A DNA stretch of 56,602 bases, counting the filler, from Jimgerdemannia flammicorona (lineage: Eukaryota): the NCBI GenBank assembly GCA_003990765.1. It is 3 parts of 3 records of this genome, joined end to end, with 100 filler letters (N's around TTAATTAATTAA, not from the genome) between each part and the next. Parts side by side here need not be neighbours in the genome. Positions count along the whole stretch, not along the records: positions 1 to 18,802 come from RBNJ01002110.1; positions 18,903 to 37,703 come from RBNJ01002111.1; 1 more part is not named here. One strand, 5' to 3'. Below, piece after piece: positions 12,801 to 25,100 of this stretch (its first letter is position 1; each line of letters starts with the position of its first letter). The translations under genes were made by a program, and so were the position numbers. The notes beneath the pieces were generated by a model. The model worked only from the letters and a program-made list of their open reading frames with translations. It made no database searches and had not been told where the DNA came from.

Positions 12801-13379
12801 TACCCACTCATTCTTATCAAACAGCTATACTATCTCATTTCTTCTCTAGTCTAGAATATCTAAGTCTCTATTATACCTAATATCCTACAGTAGGAACAAA
12901 TCTGCTTCTATCCTCTTCAGCCATCCAAGGTATTTCATCACTTCACTACTCCTCATTACTCATTGATATTTAAAGATAAGATTCTAGTTATACTGTTCAT
13001 ATTGAATAATATTATTTAGAGAATAGTCATCTACTCTACAGTTCTATGCTTGCTATATCACTAGTAATATCTAGGTTCCTCTCTGCCTCCAGTTTATCTG
13101 CCTCTCTCTGCTGAGCCTCTAATACCTCTAAGATCTTCTGATAATCTATATCATCCATAGCCTCCATCTCTGTTTGGTACTCCTCACACACTATCTACTA
13201 CTTTACTAGTCTTTTCCTTGGGTTTCACATATATGCAGCCCTGTTATTTGCAATTGCCAGAAGTGCTGCCTCTCTGTTATCATCTACCTAATATATCTTA
13301 GCCTTCAGCAATACTGCTATTATCTCATCCTGAAGTTTTTATAATACCTTCTCACTATGCAAGATTTTACCCCAGTGTC
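9880..13379 (-). mobile_element. Degenerate L1/Tx1-clade LINE (copy A): end of ORF1 plus most of ORF2
   Basis: ORF2 start ATG AAC AGT ATA ACT AGA at 13000. APE endonuclease and RT remnants (FLDQEKAYDRV ~11160-11190, RDPLL). Colinear with the 40283-46068 copy. Many TAG/TAA stops. Confidence 0.9.
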
Positions 13380-15215
13380 TTTTTTTTTTTTATATATATA
13401 GTCTCTTAGACTTTATCATTTATTATCAGTCTATCAAATATTAATATAGTAACCCAGTCCACCACTCCATCTCCTATCTAATCCCCCTAGGGCCCCCCCT
13501 CCCCCCTATCCCCTCATGCTTAAAGACTACCTTACTATCTACCACTATAACTCTCCCTCTACTCTGCTTACAGATCTTCTTCATAAGCAGTACTGACAAC
13601 TCCCCTGCAGATTCCATTTCAGCTACCAACTCATCAAGATATCTACCATCAACCCTTCCTATCTTAACAGTTGCTCTTCTAAACTCAATTGTCTCCCCTT
13701 CTCAAAGACAAACAGCCAGTATCTAGTCAACTCCACCTATACAGCCAATGCCCACCCAACTATGAGCCACTCATTTCCAATTTTCCCCACCAATCTATCT
13801 CTTAAGTCTTCTCATCTATCTCACTCATCCACCCCTCTCCTCACTATCTCCAGTCTAGTTCTAACTACTAACCAAAAGTCTCCAAGTATCTCATACTACT
13901 CTCTAAGCCAATGTTTGGGTGTCTGTATAAATTCTCTTTCCTGACTTACATTATAGCACTCCTCACACTCAAATTGTCTTCCTTCTATAAGATGGCCTGA
14001 GTAAAAGTTGAGTATGATATTCCTCCTCAGTATGTACCACTAAACCACTTAGTACTTAGGTGGCAGCCATTGCTATATCTCTACACTCTAGGCCCAAACC
14101 CTATTCCAGTTCCACTTCTCTTCAATATCAGCCAACTATTAGCCACTAGATCATATATCCTATCTCAACTCTCTCTAGCACTTGACCCTATCACTAATAT
14201 TAAAGTCAATTAGGAGAGTACCCCCCAACAATACTCAATCTCATCTCCATATCTCTGGACCCTAAGACATCTCTCCTTTCACCCCCTGCTAGCAAATACC
14301 AATATAGTGTACCCCCTTAACTACTCTCTACCAAAAGCCCTTATGCTGCATGTATCCACTATTCTGAAGCCCAACCAAGGACAGTAGATCTCCCATAGAG
14401 TCTCTTGATAAGAATCTCATCTCCCAGAACTTTTTTATTAGAGAAACCCAGCTATCACTCCTTAGTTCCACAGCTCTCTTCAGCCACCAAGCTCTCAGAT
14501 AATGCAGCTTTTTTGAGAAGTCAACCAGCCCAAGGCCTCCTCTAGCCACTGGCAATGACATAATTTTCCAGCTAATCTGACTCCTTCTCTCACCCAGATC
14601 TAACCTTTGGTTAGCTTCAATAGCCTCTTTACTACTCAGGCTAGAAAGTCCAGATAATATATCAAATACCACAGCTTTAACAGTCAGTAGACATTCAAAA
14701 TTGAAACATGATCCACCAAAGAGATGTGGTGGCCTCTCTAACTTCACAGAGCCTCCTCCCAAATAGCCACCCACTATTTCTACTAAGATCTTAGTAGGAC
14801 TGACCCATAAACTGAAAGATAGATGCCCAAGTATCATACAGTATCTCCAGCAGGGACAATTGTTCTAATGATATCCTCTCCCACCAGACTATTGTTCAAT
14901 ACTATCATTTCACACTTGTACTAGTTGAGTTTAGCCCCAGAGAGTATCTCATACCACTCTACTATTTTCTGGAGCTCTTCTACATCAGCAATCAATTCTA
15001 AGCCAACTACTATATCATCTGTAAAGGTCCCAACTTTCTACACAATTCCAAATACTGTGAGCTCAACTATCTTTTGCTGAATTCTGTCCATCAATAGCTC
15101 TAAGAATAGAGTATATAAAATAGAAGACAGTGGGTCCCCCTAGAGAACACCTCTACCCAGAGAAAATACCACCCCCTGATGACTATTGCATATGAGTACT
15201 GCTCTACTCCCTTTC

Positions 15216-16588
15216 CAGAGTGAGCTAAGCCACACAGACAGGGGCAATATGGATAATACAGACAACATGGGCAACATGGGCAATATGGGCAGGCAAGATG
15301 AGCAAGATGGCAAGATGGCAAGACGGGTGACATGGGCAAGACAGATAGACGGCAAGACAGGTGATATGGGCAAAATGGGCAAAATGGGCAACATGGGTAA
15401 TATGGGCAACACAAGTGGGCAACATGGGCAATACAGGCAACATGGGCAGGCAACACAGGCAATACAGGCAATACAGGCAACACAGGCAATACAGGCAGGC
15501 AAGATGGGTAAGATGGGCAAGATGAGCAAGATGGACAAGACAGGCAAGATGGTAAGACGATAAGATGGGCAATATGGGCAAGACAGGCAAGATGGACAAG
15601 ATGAGCAAGATGAGCAAGATGGGCAAGATGGGCAAGATGGGCAAGATGGGCAAGATGGACAAGATGGCAAGATGGCAAGATAGTAAGATGGGTGACATGG
15701 GCAAGATGGGTAGATGGCAAGATAGGTGACATGGGCAAGATAGGCAAAATAGACAAAATGGGCAATACAGGTAATACAGGCAATATGGGTAGGCAATACA
15801 GGCAACACAGGCAATACAGGCAATATGGGCAACACAGGCAACACAGGCAATATGGGTAATATGGGCAACATGGGCAACATGGGCAACATAGGTAGGTAAG
15901 ATGGACAAGATGGGCAAGATGGGCAAAATGGCAAGATGGGTGACATGGGTAAGATGGGCAGACAGCATGACAGGCAATATAGGCAAGATGGGCAAAATGG
16001 GCAAAATGGGCAATACAGGCAACACAGGCAACATGAGTGGACAAGATGGGCAAGATAGGTAAGATGGGCAAGATGGGCAAGATAAGCAAGACAGCAAGAT
16101 GACAACATGAGCAATATGGGCAATATGAGTAGACAAGACAGGCAAGATAGGCAATATGGGCAAGATGGGCAAAACAGGAAAAATGAGCAATACAGGCAAT
16201 ATGGGCAATATGGACAACATGGGTAATATGGGCAACATGAGACATAGGCAACATGGGCGGGCAAGACAGACAAGATGGGCTAGATGGGCAAGATAGAAGG
16301 TACTAATAGGGGTAGGTCAGATGCACTAGATGCCAAGTACTTGAGGTGGTTGGGGCTCACAACTCATATCTACTGGGTGGGGCAGACCAGGTAGGAGGAT
16401 CTAGTTACTCAGGCAGTGAGGTTGTAACTTATACCCTAAAGGTGCAAGGCTGGGTGAGAGTGAAGGTGGGTTGATATTGGGGTGGAATGGGGCTACTGAT
16501 GTTGTATGAGGATATGTGGTATGTTATAGATAGTTAATAAATGAGACTACAGTCTAAAAAAAAATAAAAAAAAAAATAAAAAAAAAAA
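15216..16588 (+). mobile_element. Non-autonomous minisatellite (VNTR) retroposon with poly(A) tail and TSD
   Basis: ~14-bp TSD: CTCTACTCCCTTTC (15202-15215) and CTCTACTCTCTTTT (16589-16602). About 1.05 kb of 9-bp repeats, ~260 bp of unique G-rich sequence, AATAAA 16536, hairpin 16544-16555, A-rich tail 16556-16588. Confidence 0.8.
15243..16295 (+). repeat. 9-bp minisatellite (GGCAAGATG / GGCAACATG / GGCAATATG / GGCAATACA variants, with some 8- and 13-bp units)
   Basis: Read directly. On the order of 110-120 units. Confidence 0.95.
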
Positions 16589-18802
16589 CTCTACTCTCTT
16601 TTAGTAGAGCTGATCATTGTTACTTAGAACTATTGAGGAACTCTAATCCTATCTAGTACCTTTGCCAATCAGACCTGCCTAACCTGATCATATGTCTTCT
16701 CCTGATCCAAGAAGACCAATCTTCCATCTAGCCTACAGGTTCAAGTCTCTTCAATAATATCATGGACCCAAGCTATACTATTTCTAATGAGTTGGTCTCC
16801 TACAAAACCTCATTGCTCCTCACCTAAGACTTGCTGGGCTATCTTCTACAGCCTCACAACCACTACCTTAGTGATCAACTTTTTGTCCATATCCAGGAAC
16901 ATGATAGGTCACCAGTTCTTCTAGTCCTCTCTCCTGTCCTTATCTTTATACAGCAGTGCCACCAGCCCCAGATCCTGCTCTCCCACCCACTTCTCTGACT
17001 GTAATACTAAGTTGCAAAGTGCTATCATCTCTCCCAGTACTCTAGAGACTCCCACTATCTTCTTCCAGAAGTCCTAGAGCAGACCATCCTCTCCTAGTAC
17101 TGTGTCCAGCATAGTCATAGCAAGAATCTGACAAATCTCCTCCTTCTGTACTAGCATCACCAAGCCACCAAGTTCCTCTACTTGAGGTGGATACCAATCC
17201 TTCAAAGTATATTCAATGGTGGCAGCATTGGCCCCACCCTCCTCCTCACTCTACAAACTACTCTACCTCTTCTTCAGTAAGCCTAGAATATCTTATAACC
17301 TATATACCAGCAGTCTATCAGAATCTAGTACCCCCTCTCACCTCTGCCTCACTCTCCTCATCTGAAGGATTCTTGAGAGGTACTTAGAGGGCCTCTTCCC
17401 CTCCTCTAGCCCCTGCTAGCATAACTGTATAGCCAAACACTATACTTGTATCTCCTCCTCCTCTCTCAACATCTGTTATAACTCAGTGACCTCCAGCTTA
17501 GCCCACATCAATCTCCAGTCCTCCACCCCCTTCAGGGCTAAAAGATCTGCCCAATTTTCCTGAAGCTGAGCCAATCTAGCAGAAGCCCAGGCCACCCTCC
17601 TCCTCCTCTATCTTCCTGCTACCCTGCTAGCCTCACTCCAGTAAACTCTAGTAGCCTTCTTCAATCTTATCCATTGAATACCAACTGGGGCACTCTCATG
17701 TACCCAACCCTCCACTTTCTACCAAATGTCCTCAGCCCAATTGTTGCATAACTCCTTCTCAGCCAACAAAGAGAAATTGAGATACTAATATCCAGATCCA
17801 TCCCTACTTCCCCCAAACTGCCCTCACCCTAACAAGCTTCAATGATCTGACCATAGGCACCACTCAACCTCCAGAGACTTCTAGACATCCAGACCCCAGT
17901 AGTTGGCTGTCAGTACTCAGTCAATTCTAGTTTCCAGACCACCCACCCAATGAGTATAGATTCTTTTATCTCCCCACATCACCTATCCAGCATCCACCAA
18001 GAAACTCAGTCACTCCACCTTCTCCCAACCACCACTCCTGCCTCCTGCATTTCTCTCTCCATCTGTCTTATTCAACTATACTAAGTGAACCATATTGAAG
18101 TCCCCTCCAAGCACCTCTACTCCTGCCTCTGCAAGTACTCTACTATCCAAAAGATAATCAATCTACTCTATATGCTCACTTCTGATCACAGGGCAGTAGT
18201 AAGGTCCAACTACAATTAACTCTTATCCAGGCTAATGTCCTCTCTCCAAACCATATGATTCCTCCAGTTCCTGCTCCTATAAATTTCTCCTCACTCTTTC
18301 TATACCAGTAGCTCAATCTTACTATTCCAGACTACTACTCTACCCCATTCTCTTGTTCACTCCTATTGATCAAGATTCTTCTCACATTGCACATCTTATA
18401 GAAGAAAGAGATCTGCCTCTAAACCTTTTAACCAAGTAAAAATATTGTATCACCTCCCAAAACCCTACAGACTATTCACATTTAATGAGAAAATGTTAGT
18501 TGTACTATTTATAAGGAATAATGTTAAATAGATGTATCCACTTTACAACACCATATTCACTTTCTCTCTAGCTAAGTCCAATCCATACTCAGTAGCAGTC
18601 TCCACTCTCTCAATCAGCTTAGCTTCTAGTCTACCCAAGAGTTCATCCATCACTACATCATTCTTTAACTCCATCTCCTCTCAGTACTCTAAACAAACCT
18701 CTTGCTAAATTTCCAACCTACTCCTCTGCTCTTATCAGAAGACTGCATGCTCTCTAGCAGCCACCACCATCTCTGTCTCTCTTTTTTTTTTTTTTTTTTT
18801 TT

Positions 18803-18902
18803 NNNNNNNNNNNNNNNNNNNNNNNNNNNNNNNNNNNNNNNNNNNNTTAATTAATTAANNNNNNNNNNNNNNNNNNNNNNNNNNNNNNNNNNNNNNNNNN
18901 NN
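18803..18902. other. Artificial contig linker N44-TTAATTAATTAA-N44
   Basis: Exactly 100 nt, with stop codons in all six frames. Identical to the linker at 37704-37803. Confidence 0.98.
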
Positions 18903-18938
18903 AAAAAAAAAAAAAAAAAAAAAAAAAATCAATTAGCT

Positions 18939-20010
18939 AGGACAAACATTTGGTGGTATGGCGGGAACAATGGAGATGACTTGGCCGCTATTATACCATA
19001 CGCGAGAAATGGTGATCTTTTGTGTCGGAACGCTTTCTGTGAAGAATGCCGCAAATTCAGACATGGAGGGACACAAGTGAAGTTGCATGGCAAACAAGAT
19101 CGTTTGGGCGCATTTTTTTTCGCTTGGCGCCAAATTCAATCAAGAGAATAGAGTATTCAATGTAATTGGTTTCGAGGATATCGGCACTGTTCAATTTGAG
19201 ACTCAGCATCGCTTTGAAGTAAAAGGTATTGGTTATGAGCGTCCTGCAATCGACTCCTAATATCTTTGAGATATGGCATCAAAAGCTGAAAGATTGAGCT
19301 TAAAATATACTTCACTGAAAAAAACTTTCAATCCCCACATTATACAAAGACGCACCAGCGTATTAGAAATGGAGGATGAATAGGAGCAGAATAACTACAA
19401 AGAAAAAAATGAATGCCAAAAACAATATAGTATAATGAACGGTCTATACCAGATACTTCAGACAGTTCTAAATAACTTATATCCAGACTACTGAACTATC
19501 ATCTAAATATCTCTCTAGCTATCAATAGAAGCTTTGTACAAGGTCCTCCTTTGGATTGATTTACTTATTGCTGTCATTTTAAGTGATTCAAATTAGGGTT
19601 ACAAACACAATTTGTTCATCACGTATTATGACGAAGGGGGTGGATAGAAGAAATTCGAAAGGGGTCCTGCTATCATCAGGTCGGGTTACAGAGTGCTATT
19701 CGACAACAAGAGTCTTGCTCCGCAACAAGCGTATGCAGAAAATTGAACGGTGATCGTCAAAATACTTCATTCCTCCTCAATGACCAAATCCTCGCTGGAG
19801 ACACGCAATCGCTAGCCTACTTCACAATCAGTAGCGAGACATAGTTCTTCCGACCTGTTTTCATCGGGTTCCAGCTGTTTATCATAGGCCTGAATTAAGA
19901 GAGGTACACCTTTGACACGCACAGCGAGGAAACCTCCGTGGACTATCAACGCCTCATTTATCCGGGCTTGCAGTTCGAAGGCGAGCGTAAATTTCGGCAA
20001 TATATATAAT
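18939..20010 (+). pseudogene. Possible disrupted host gene remnant, unknown family
   Basis: CpG-retaining DNA with protein-like plus-strand segments (RTNIWWYGGNNGDDL...; GYKHNLFITYYDEG...; ERYTFDTHSEETSVDYQRLIYPGLQF) broken by stops and frameshifts. Confidence 0.25.
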
Positions 20011-20029
20011 AAAGACCGACTTCTATATA

Positions 20030-22130
20030 TTCATGGTAATAGATATAACTTGAAATCCTTCGAACTGGTCTGTTATTATTATGTTCTAGTCTTTCTGAGT
20101 ATATATAGATCATCAATTCTTGATAGTTGATAAACATTCTTTTCTATAATATTATTGAGTTTCTAAAGTCTACTACTAATTTCTATTCTTCTTTCTTTGA
20201 TATTATAATTACTAGTGAGGTCCGGAGATTTGATGAGGGCCAAATAACTCTAAATATTTTTTCTATATATTATTACTTAAATTCTAGCAGGTGATATGGT
20301 TTTTCATATGTATGATCACTATTAGATAGATTTGATATATATCTCTAGTATATATTATATTTTCTCTCTATTGATATATATTATTGAGATTATAACTTAA
20401 TATATGATATATAATTTTATACTATATATATGTATATACTCTTATATCAGTTCTATGTTATTTATCAGTAATATGTAAAATTTATTCTTTTTCTGTTTTA
20501 ATTTTAGAAATTCTATAATAAAGGTTATGAGTCCTGGTTAGTAGTTAAGAAAATATCTCTTTGCTATATATTATTATTAAGACAACTATTGTAATATTAA
20601 ATATATAATCTGAGAAATATGGTGGATTTTTTTATCTTAAATACTTAATTTTCTTTTGACTTCTCAGAGTTCTTCAGATATAGGAGTAAGATCAAAGTAT
20701 ATCTGTCTACAGACTTACTAGTTTCCTTATCTCTTTACTTTTGAACTATTTTAATCTAAGATTTATTCACTCTAGATACTGGAGATATTTATATAAGTTT
20801 ACTAGCTATAGTAGCTAAGTTAGGACTTATTTTCTTATAAGTTATCTTTTATAACTATAAGATTCTTATATCTATAGAATTCATACAATTATGAGGTTTT
20901 CACAAATATAAGATTCTTATAATTATAGGATTCTTATATCTATAAGATTAGGTATTAAGATAGTAACTTTATATATCAATATATGACTATATCAGTTTAT
21001 TAGTTTTATATTATTCATTATTAATATATGAAATACATATGTGATCTATATAAGTTTAATAAAATATCTCTCTTTCATAATAAAGGTTATAAGCCCTGTG
21101 AGTACTAAGTAACTATATACAAATCTCTAATATATACTACAATATAATGAGTCAAGATCAGTCTAGTAATATAGATATACTGATTGTGAGTATTCCAGCA
21201 ATAGTAGAAGTAGTCTCTATTATAACTACTATAGATATAATTATAGTATAAGTATAGAAAATATAGTTCTAATTATTAGTATAAATACAGCCAAGAGATT
21301 CATCCTGGTCTTCAATAAGAAAGATTATATTATTTGAGTATTCTATATAATAAATATCTTTATTCCATATACTGAATCTTTTCAATAAATATAGCTTAGT
21401 AGAGTATATAAAACTATATATATAAATTCAAGATTACAATACCCTAAATAATTGTTGAGATTGCTTTTATCTTTTCAAACTTATAAATAATCTATTATAT
21501 CTTAGTATACTTGTCAGACTAAGTCTAAAGAACTTGAGAAGTCTACTAATTTAGAAAGAATCTATATTATCTACTATTTAAGAAAGAATCTATATTACTT
21601 AGAAAATTACTGCTTAATTAGAAAATTGCTAAAAATTATCTATATTATATAAAATAGAGAACTTATACTCATTTCTGAGAGAAACTATTAAATATTTTAT
21701 TGCTTTTTTGATAAATTAACTATAGGCTCAAGCCAATCTATATATATAGTAGTCTCAATCTTATAATTTATCTCTATTAGACTAGTATATTATATTTGAG
21801 AACTCAACTGAGAAGATTTTCTTTAAATCTATATAACTTTTCAGCTCACAAAAACCTAATAGTCAAACTAGATATATTTGATATAATATCAATCTCTACT
21901 ATTATATATAAGAGAATGAGTCATTACTAGTAATTAGATAGAAAGAGAGATAATCTTCTCAAGACTTGTCAATTATCTAGTATTAGAAGGATCTCAACTA
22001 GAAGTTAGTATAGTATAGAATTCTTCACTAGTACTAACAGATCTATTACTAAGAGATCTGATCCAATCAGATCAATTAGATAATATAGATGACTTTATTA
22101 GAAACTTCAATGAGCTCACTTTTATCTACA
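20030..22130. mobile_element. Extremely hypermutated AT-rich repeat, possibly the 5' part of the plus-strand Gypsy continued at 27945
   Basis: CpG-poor and TA-rich. Ends in coding-like ...IDDFIRNFNEL just before LINE C. LTR boundaries not identifiable. Confidence 0.35.
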
Positions 22131-25100
22131 CCTCTTTCAGATATATTTCATATTATATATATTATACAAATATATATCTACATATTTTACACTGTTTTTT
22201 GACAAATAGTCTTATAAATATATTATTGATTCAGAGTATAAAGGAGTATACTGAGCAGAGTAGCTCTAATACATTTGACTAATAATATGTGGGGAGGAGT
22301 TATGACTTAGAAGTAGGTCTGTTGAACTCTTATTTAGATAAAAGTAAAGTTGACAGAGAAGAGAGATCAGGTATAGGAGGATAGAAGGCTGAAAGAGTAT
22401 GCTTTACTGATAAGATCAAGGCTGAAGATTAGTTAGTAAGACTGAATAGATAACTATAGAGAGATAAGAAGAAGATATAGACTGTAGGGCCTGGAGGAGC
22501 TGCTCAGAGTAGTAGTAGTAGTAGAGCTGGTAGAGTAGTAGCTAGAGTGAGAAGGGAGACTACTGATGAGAAATAACTACTAATCTAAAAAAAAAATCCA
22601 GATGTAATAGTTAATAGAAAGTCTGAGCAGAGAGATAGTATGAGGTCAGGAGACTTAACTGATGGTATAACAGATCTAATAGTAGTATTATTACTCAAGA
22701 AATCTGTATCTGAATTCATAGTTACTCTGTACTTTTGAGGTTTGATAGTTATAGTAAAATAGATTCTGAAACTACTGACCTAGGAGGTGAAGAGAACTAT
22801 CTCAGTGAAGTTTCTGAAGAGGCTCAAGGGGGTTAAGGTGGGCTTTAAGGAGGAGGATTTGATGCTGAAAGTACTAGAGAAAGGAGTAATAATCAGGAGA
22901 GTGACTATTTCTATGATAAGATACTTATACTGAGACCCTTAGGTAGTTTAGTTAGTGGTAGCTAACATTTCTACTATAAGAAGAAAGAGATCAGAAAGCT
23001 AATTATTGATGTTATCAAGAAGTATAGAGATGTTCTAGATATAAAATTTTAGATCTGAGAGGATATAGAGTTTAGAATAGATAATATAGATATTTAGATG
23101 AGACTGATAAGTAAGAAGAACATGAGAAAAGAGAGAGATTAACTAGTATTACTGAGGTAGGGCCTAGTAGAATATAAGGTATCAAGAGTGAAGAGGATGT
23201 CTGAGAAGGAGGAGAACTTGCTAGAGGTACTAGAGGATCTGGCAGAAGTAGTAGAGAAGAAATAGCTGATATTGAAGGAGTTTAAGACTAAGATAGTGAT
23301 AGAGATTGTCAATAATAAGAAAGTGTATCTAGATTGAGCTACTTGAGAGAGAGCTTAAGGAATACAGCAATAGAAAGATTTGCTGATAAGTTTGGAGAGA
23401 GTTTTGAAAAAAGTAAAGACTGCTGAGAGAGTGAGGTTAAGGGCCAGTACTTGGATGAGAGAGATGATGATAATACTAGAGAGGGATTTAGAGAAGGGTA
23501 TGGCTCAAGAGAGGAGTATAGTAGTGAAAGATATAGTAATAGTAGATAGAGCTCAGATCCAGTATAAGGTTCTGATGATTAGAGGAGAGAATGAGTTATA
23601 GGATATATAGAAGAATGACTAAGATGAGTTAGTGAGGGTGAATATTAATGAGAGTCAGAGAGTAGGGGAGCTAAGGTTGAATCTGGAGAAGGAGGTAGTT
23701 AGAGACAATAAATGGCTATAAAGGGTAATAATAAATATTATAGCTGATGAGTTGGAGGGGGTATATTTTTACATTATCAATGAGAGATACTAAGGAGATT
23801 TCTTATGAGAGGAGAAAGTGGTATATAAGCTAAGAAATGAGATGATAGTAGCTTTACTAAAGGAGAAAGAGTATGAGATTAATGAGAATTAAGAAGCAGT
23901 ACTCTTGGGGATTATAAATGAGCATATAGCTTATCTGTAGAGTCTGAGAAAGGAGTTGGTAAAATAGTAGATAGTGTATGAGAAATATAGATTATCAATA
24001 AAGATACAGAATGAGAAAAACTATCTAGAGATGTTGGTAGCTCTGAATGCTCAGCAGAGGGGAGTGGTTGAACTTGAGGCTGAAAGAAACTTAAATGTAG
24101 CTAGAGATATAGTAAGTATGAAATTATAGAGTAAGACAATCTTCTATATATATTTTTCAATATGAACAGTATAACTAGAATCTTTTCTCTGAATATAAAT
24201 AGGTTACAGAGAGCAGAGTAGTGTCAGAACATTTTCTTCTAGTTGTGGGGACTAGATGCTGATCTGTTTTTACTATAGAATGTAAGTTATAATAAGAATT
24301 TAGATATATAGGACTAAATGAGAGAATGGGGAAGAGAGGTGATATAGTGGAGTAGAGTGAGTATTCTAGTTTAGAAAGAGAAGAAGGACATTGGGAATAT
24401 TGAATACTGAGAGAAAAGAATAGTATAGGGGATATAGAGGAGACCTAGTTAGGGCCCAGTAGTTGTCAGGTCTTACTACTATCTAGTAGAAAGAAGAGCC
24501 TGATTGGAGTGAATAAGAGAACTGTAGGACTTGAGCAGATTGATAGAGATGGGTATTAACTGTCTAGAGAGAAATTTAACATAGTTTATAATGGCAGAAT
24601 AGACAGAACTAAAAGTGGAAGAGAGTTGTTTAGCAGAAGTAGAGATATAAAAAGTTGAGAGAAGATTGAAAGACTTAGCTCTCTAGTGAATACTGGTAGA
24701 CAAGAGTAGAAAGATTACAGGATATATACTCACTAGATTGATGGACTTGAATATAAGATTGACTGGATCCTGACTGCTGAGTACTAGAAGAGAGATATCT
24801 GAAAATTGCTAAAGATCTATAGTCTGATCATTAGATTCTCCTAAGATATAAAATATTTGGAAGAAGTGGGGAGAGGCCTGGATATTAGTATCTGAACTCT
24901 TCCTTATTAGATATACTCTCTTTATGAAATATCTGGGTTGTAGACATTAAATAGAGAGTTCTTACTTGGAGAGTAGCAGGCCTTGCTATTGGAGATTAGT
25001 GTAGGTTAAAGTTAATGCTCAATACTTCTAAAGGAAGACTGAGAGAGTATGTAGTACTCAGAGGTAAGGCTATATATAGTAGGCATCATACAGGCTAGAT

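Larger units (their letters stand above)
13380..18781 (-). mobile_element. Degenerate L1/Tx1-clade LINE (copy B), inserted in ORF1 of copy A and itself interrupted at 15216-16588
   Basis: poly(T) tail 13380-13391 with terminal hairpin 13400-13412. ORF2 start (ATG>ATA AAT AGT ACA ACT) at 18512. Motifs GGLGLVDF and GDPLSSILY. The reading frame continues across the insert (LKES/KGSRAVLICNSHQG). Confidence 0.9.

Noticed and set aside
15100..16273. Three overlapping long minus-strand ORFs (384, 377 and 337 aa; Cys/Pro/His/Leu-rich, metallothionein-like appearance)
   Set aside because: All three frames are open only because the 9-bp repeat lacks TTA/CTA/TCA on the plus strand. This is an artefact of the minisatellite.
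15243..16295. Collagen-like Gly-X-Y reading (GGC AAG ATG = G-K-M) on the plus strand
   Set aside because: Frequent 8- and 13-bp units break the frame, so the triplet register is not maintained.
15243..16295. CRISPR-like array
   Set aside because: No unique spacers, the unit is only 9 bp, the context is eukaryotic and there are no cas genes. The same applies to the 12-bp and 18-bp repeats.
18847..18858. TTAATTAATTAA as a biological site (PacI-like or piggyBac TTAA target)
   Set aside because: It is centred in N runs and repeated identically at 37748-37759, so it is a synthetic linker.
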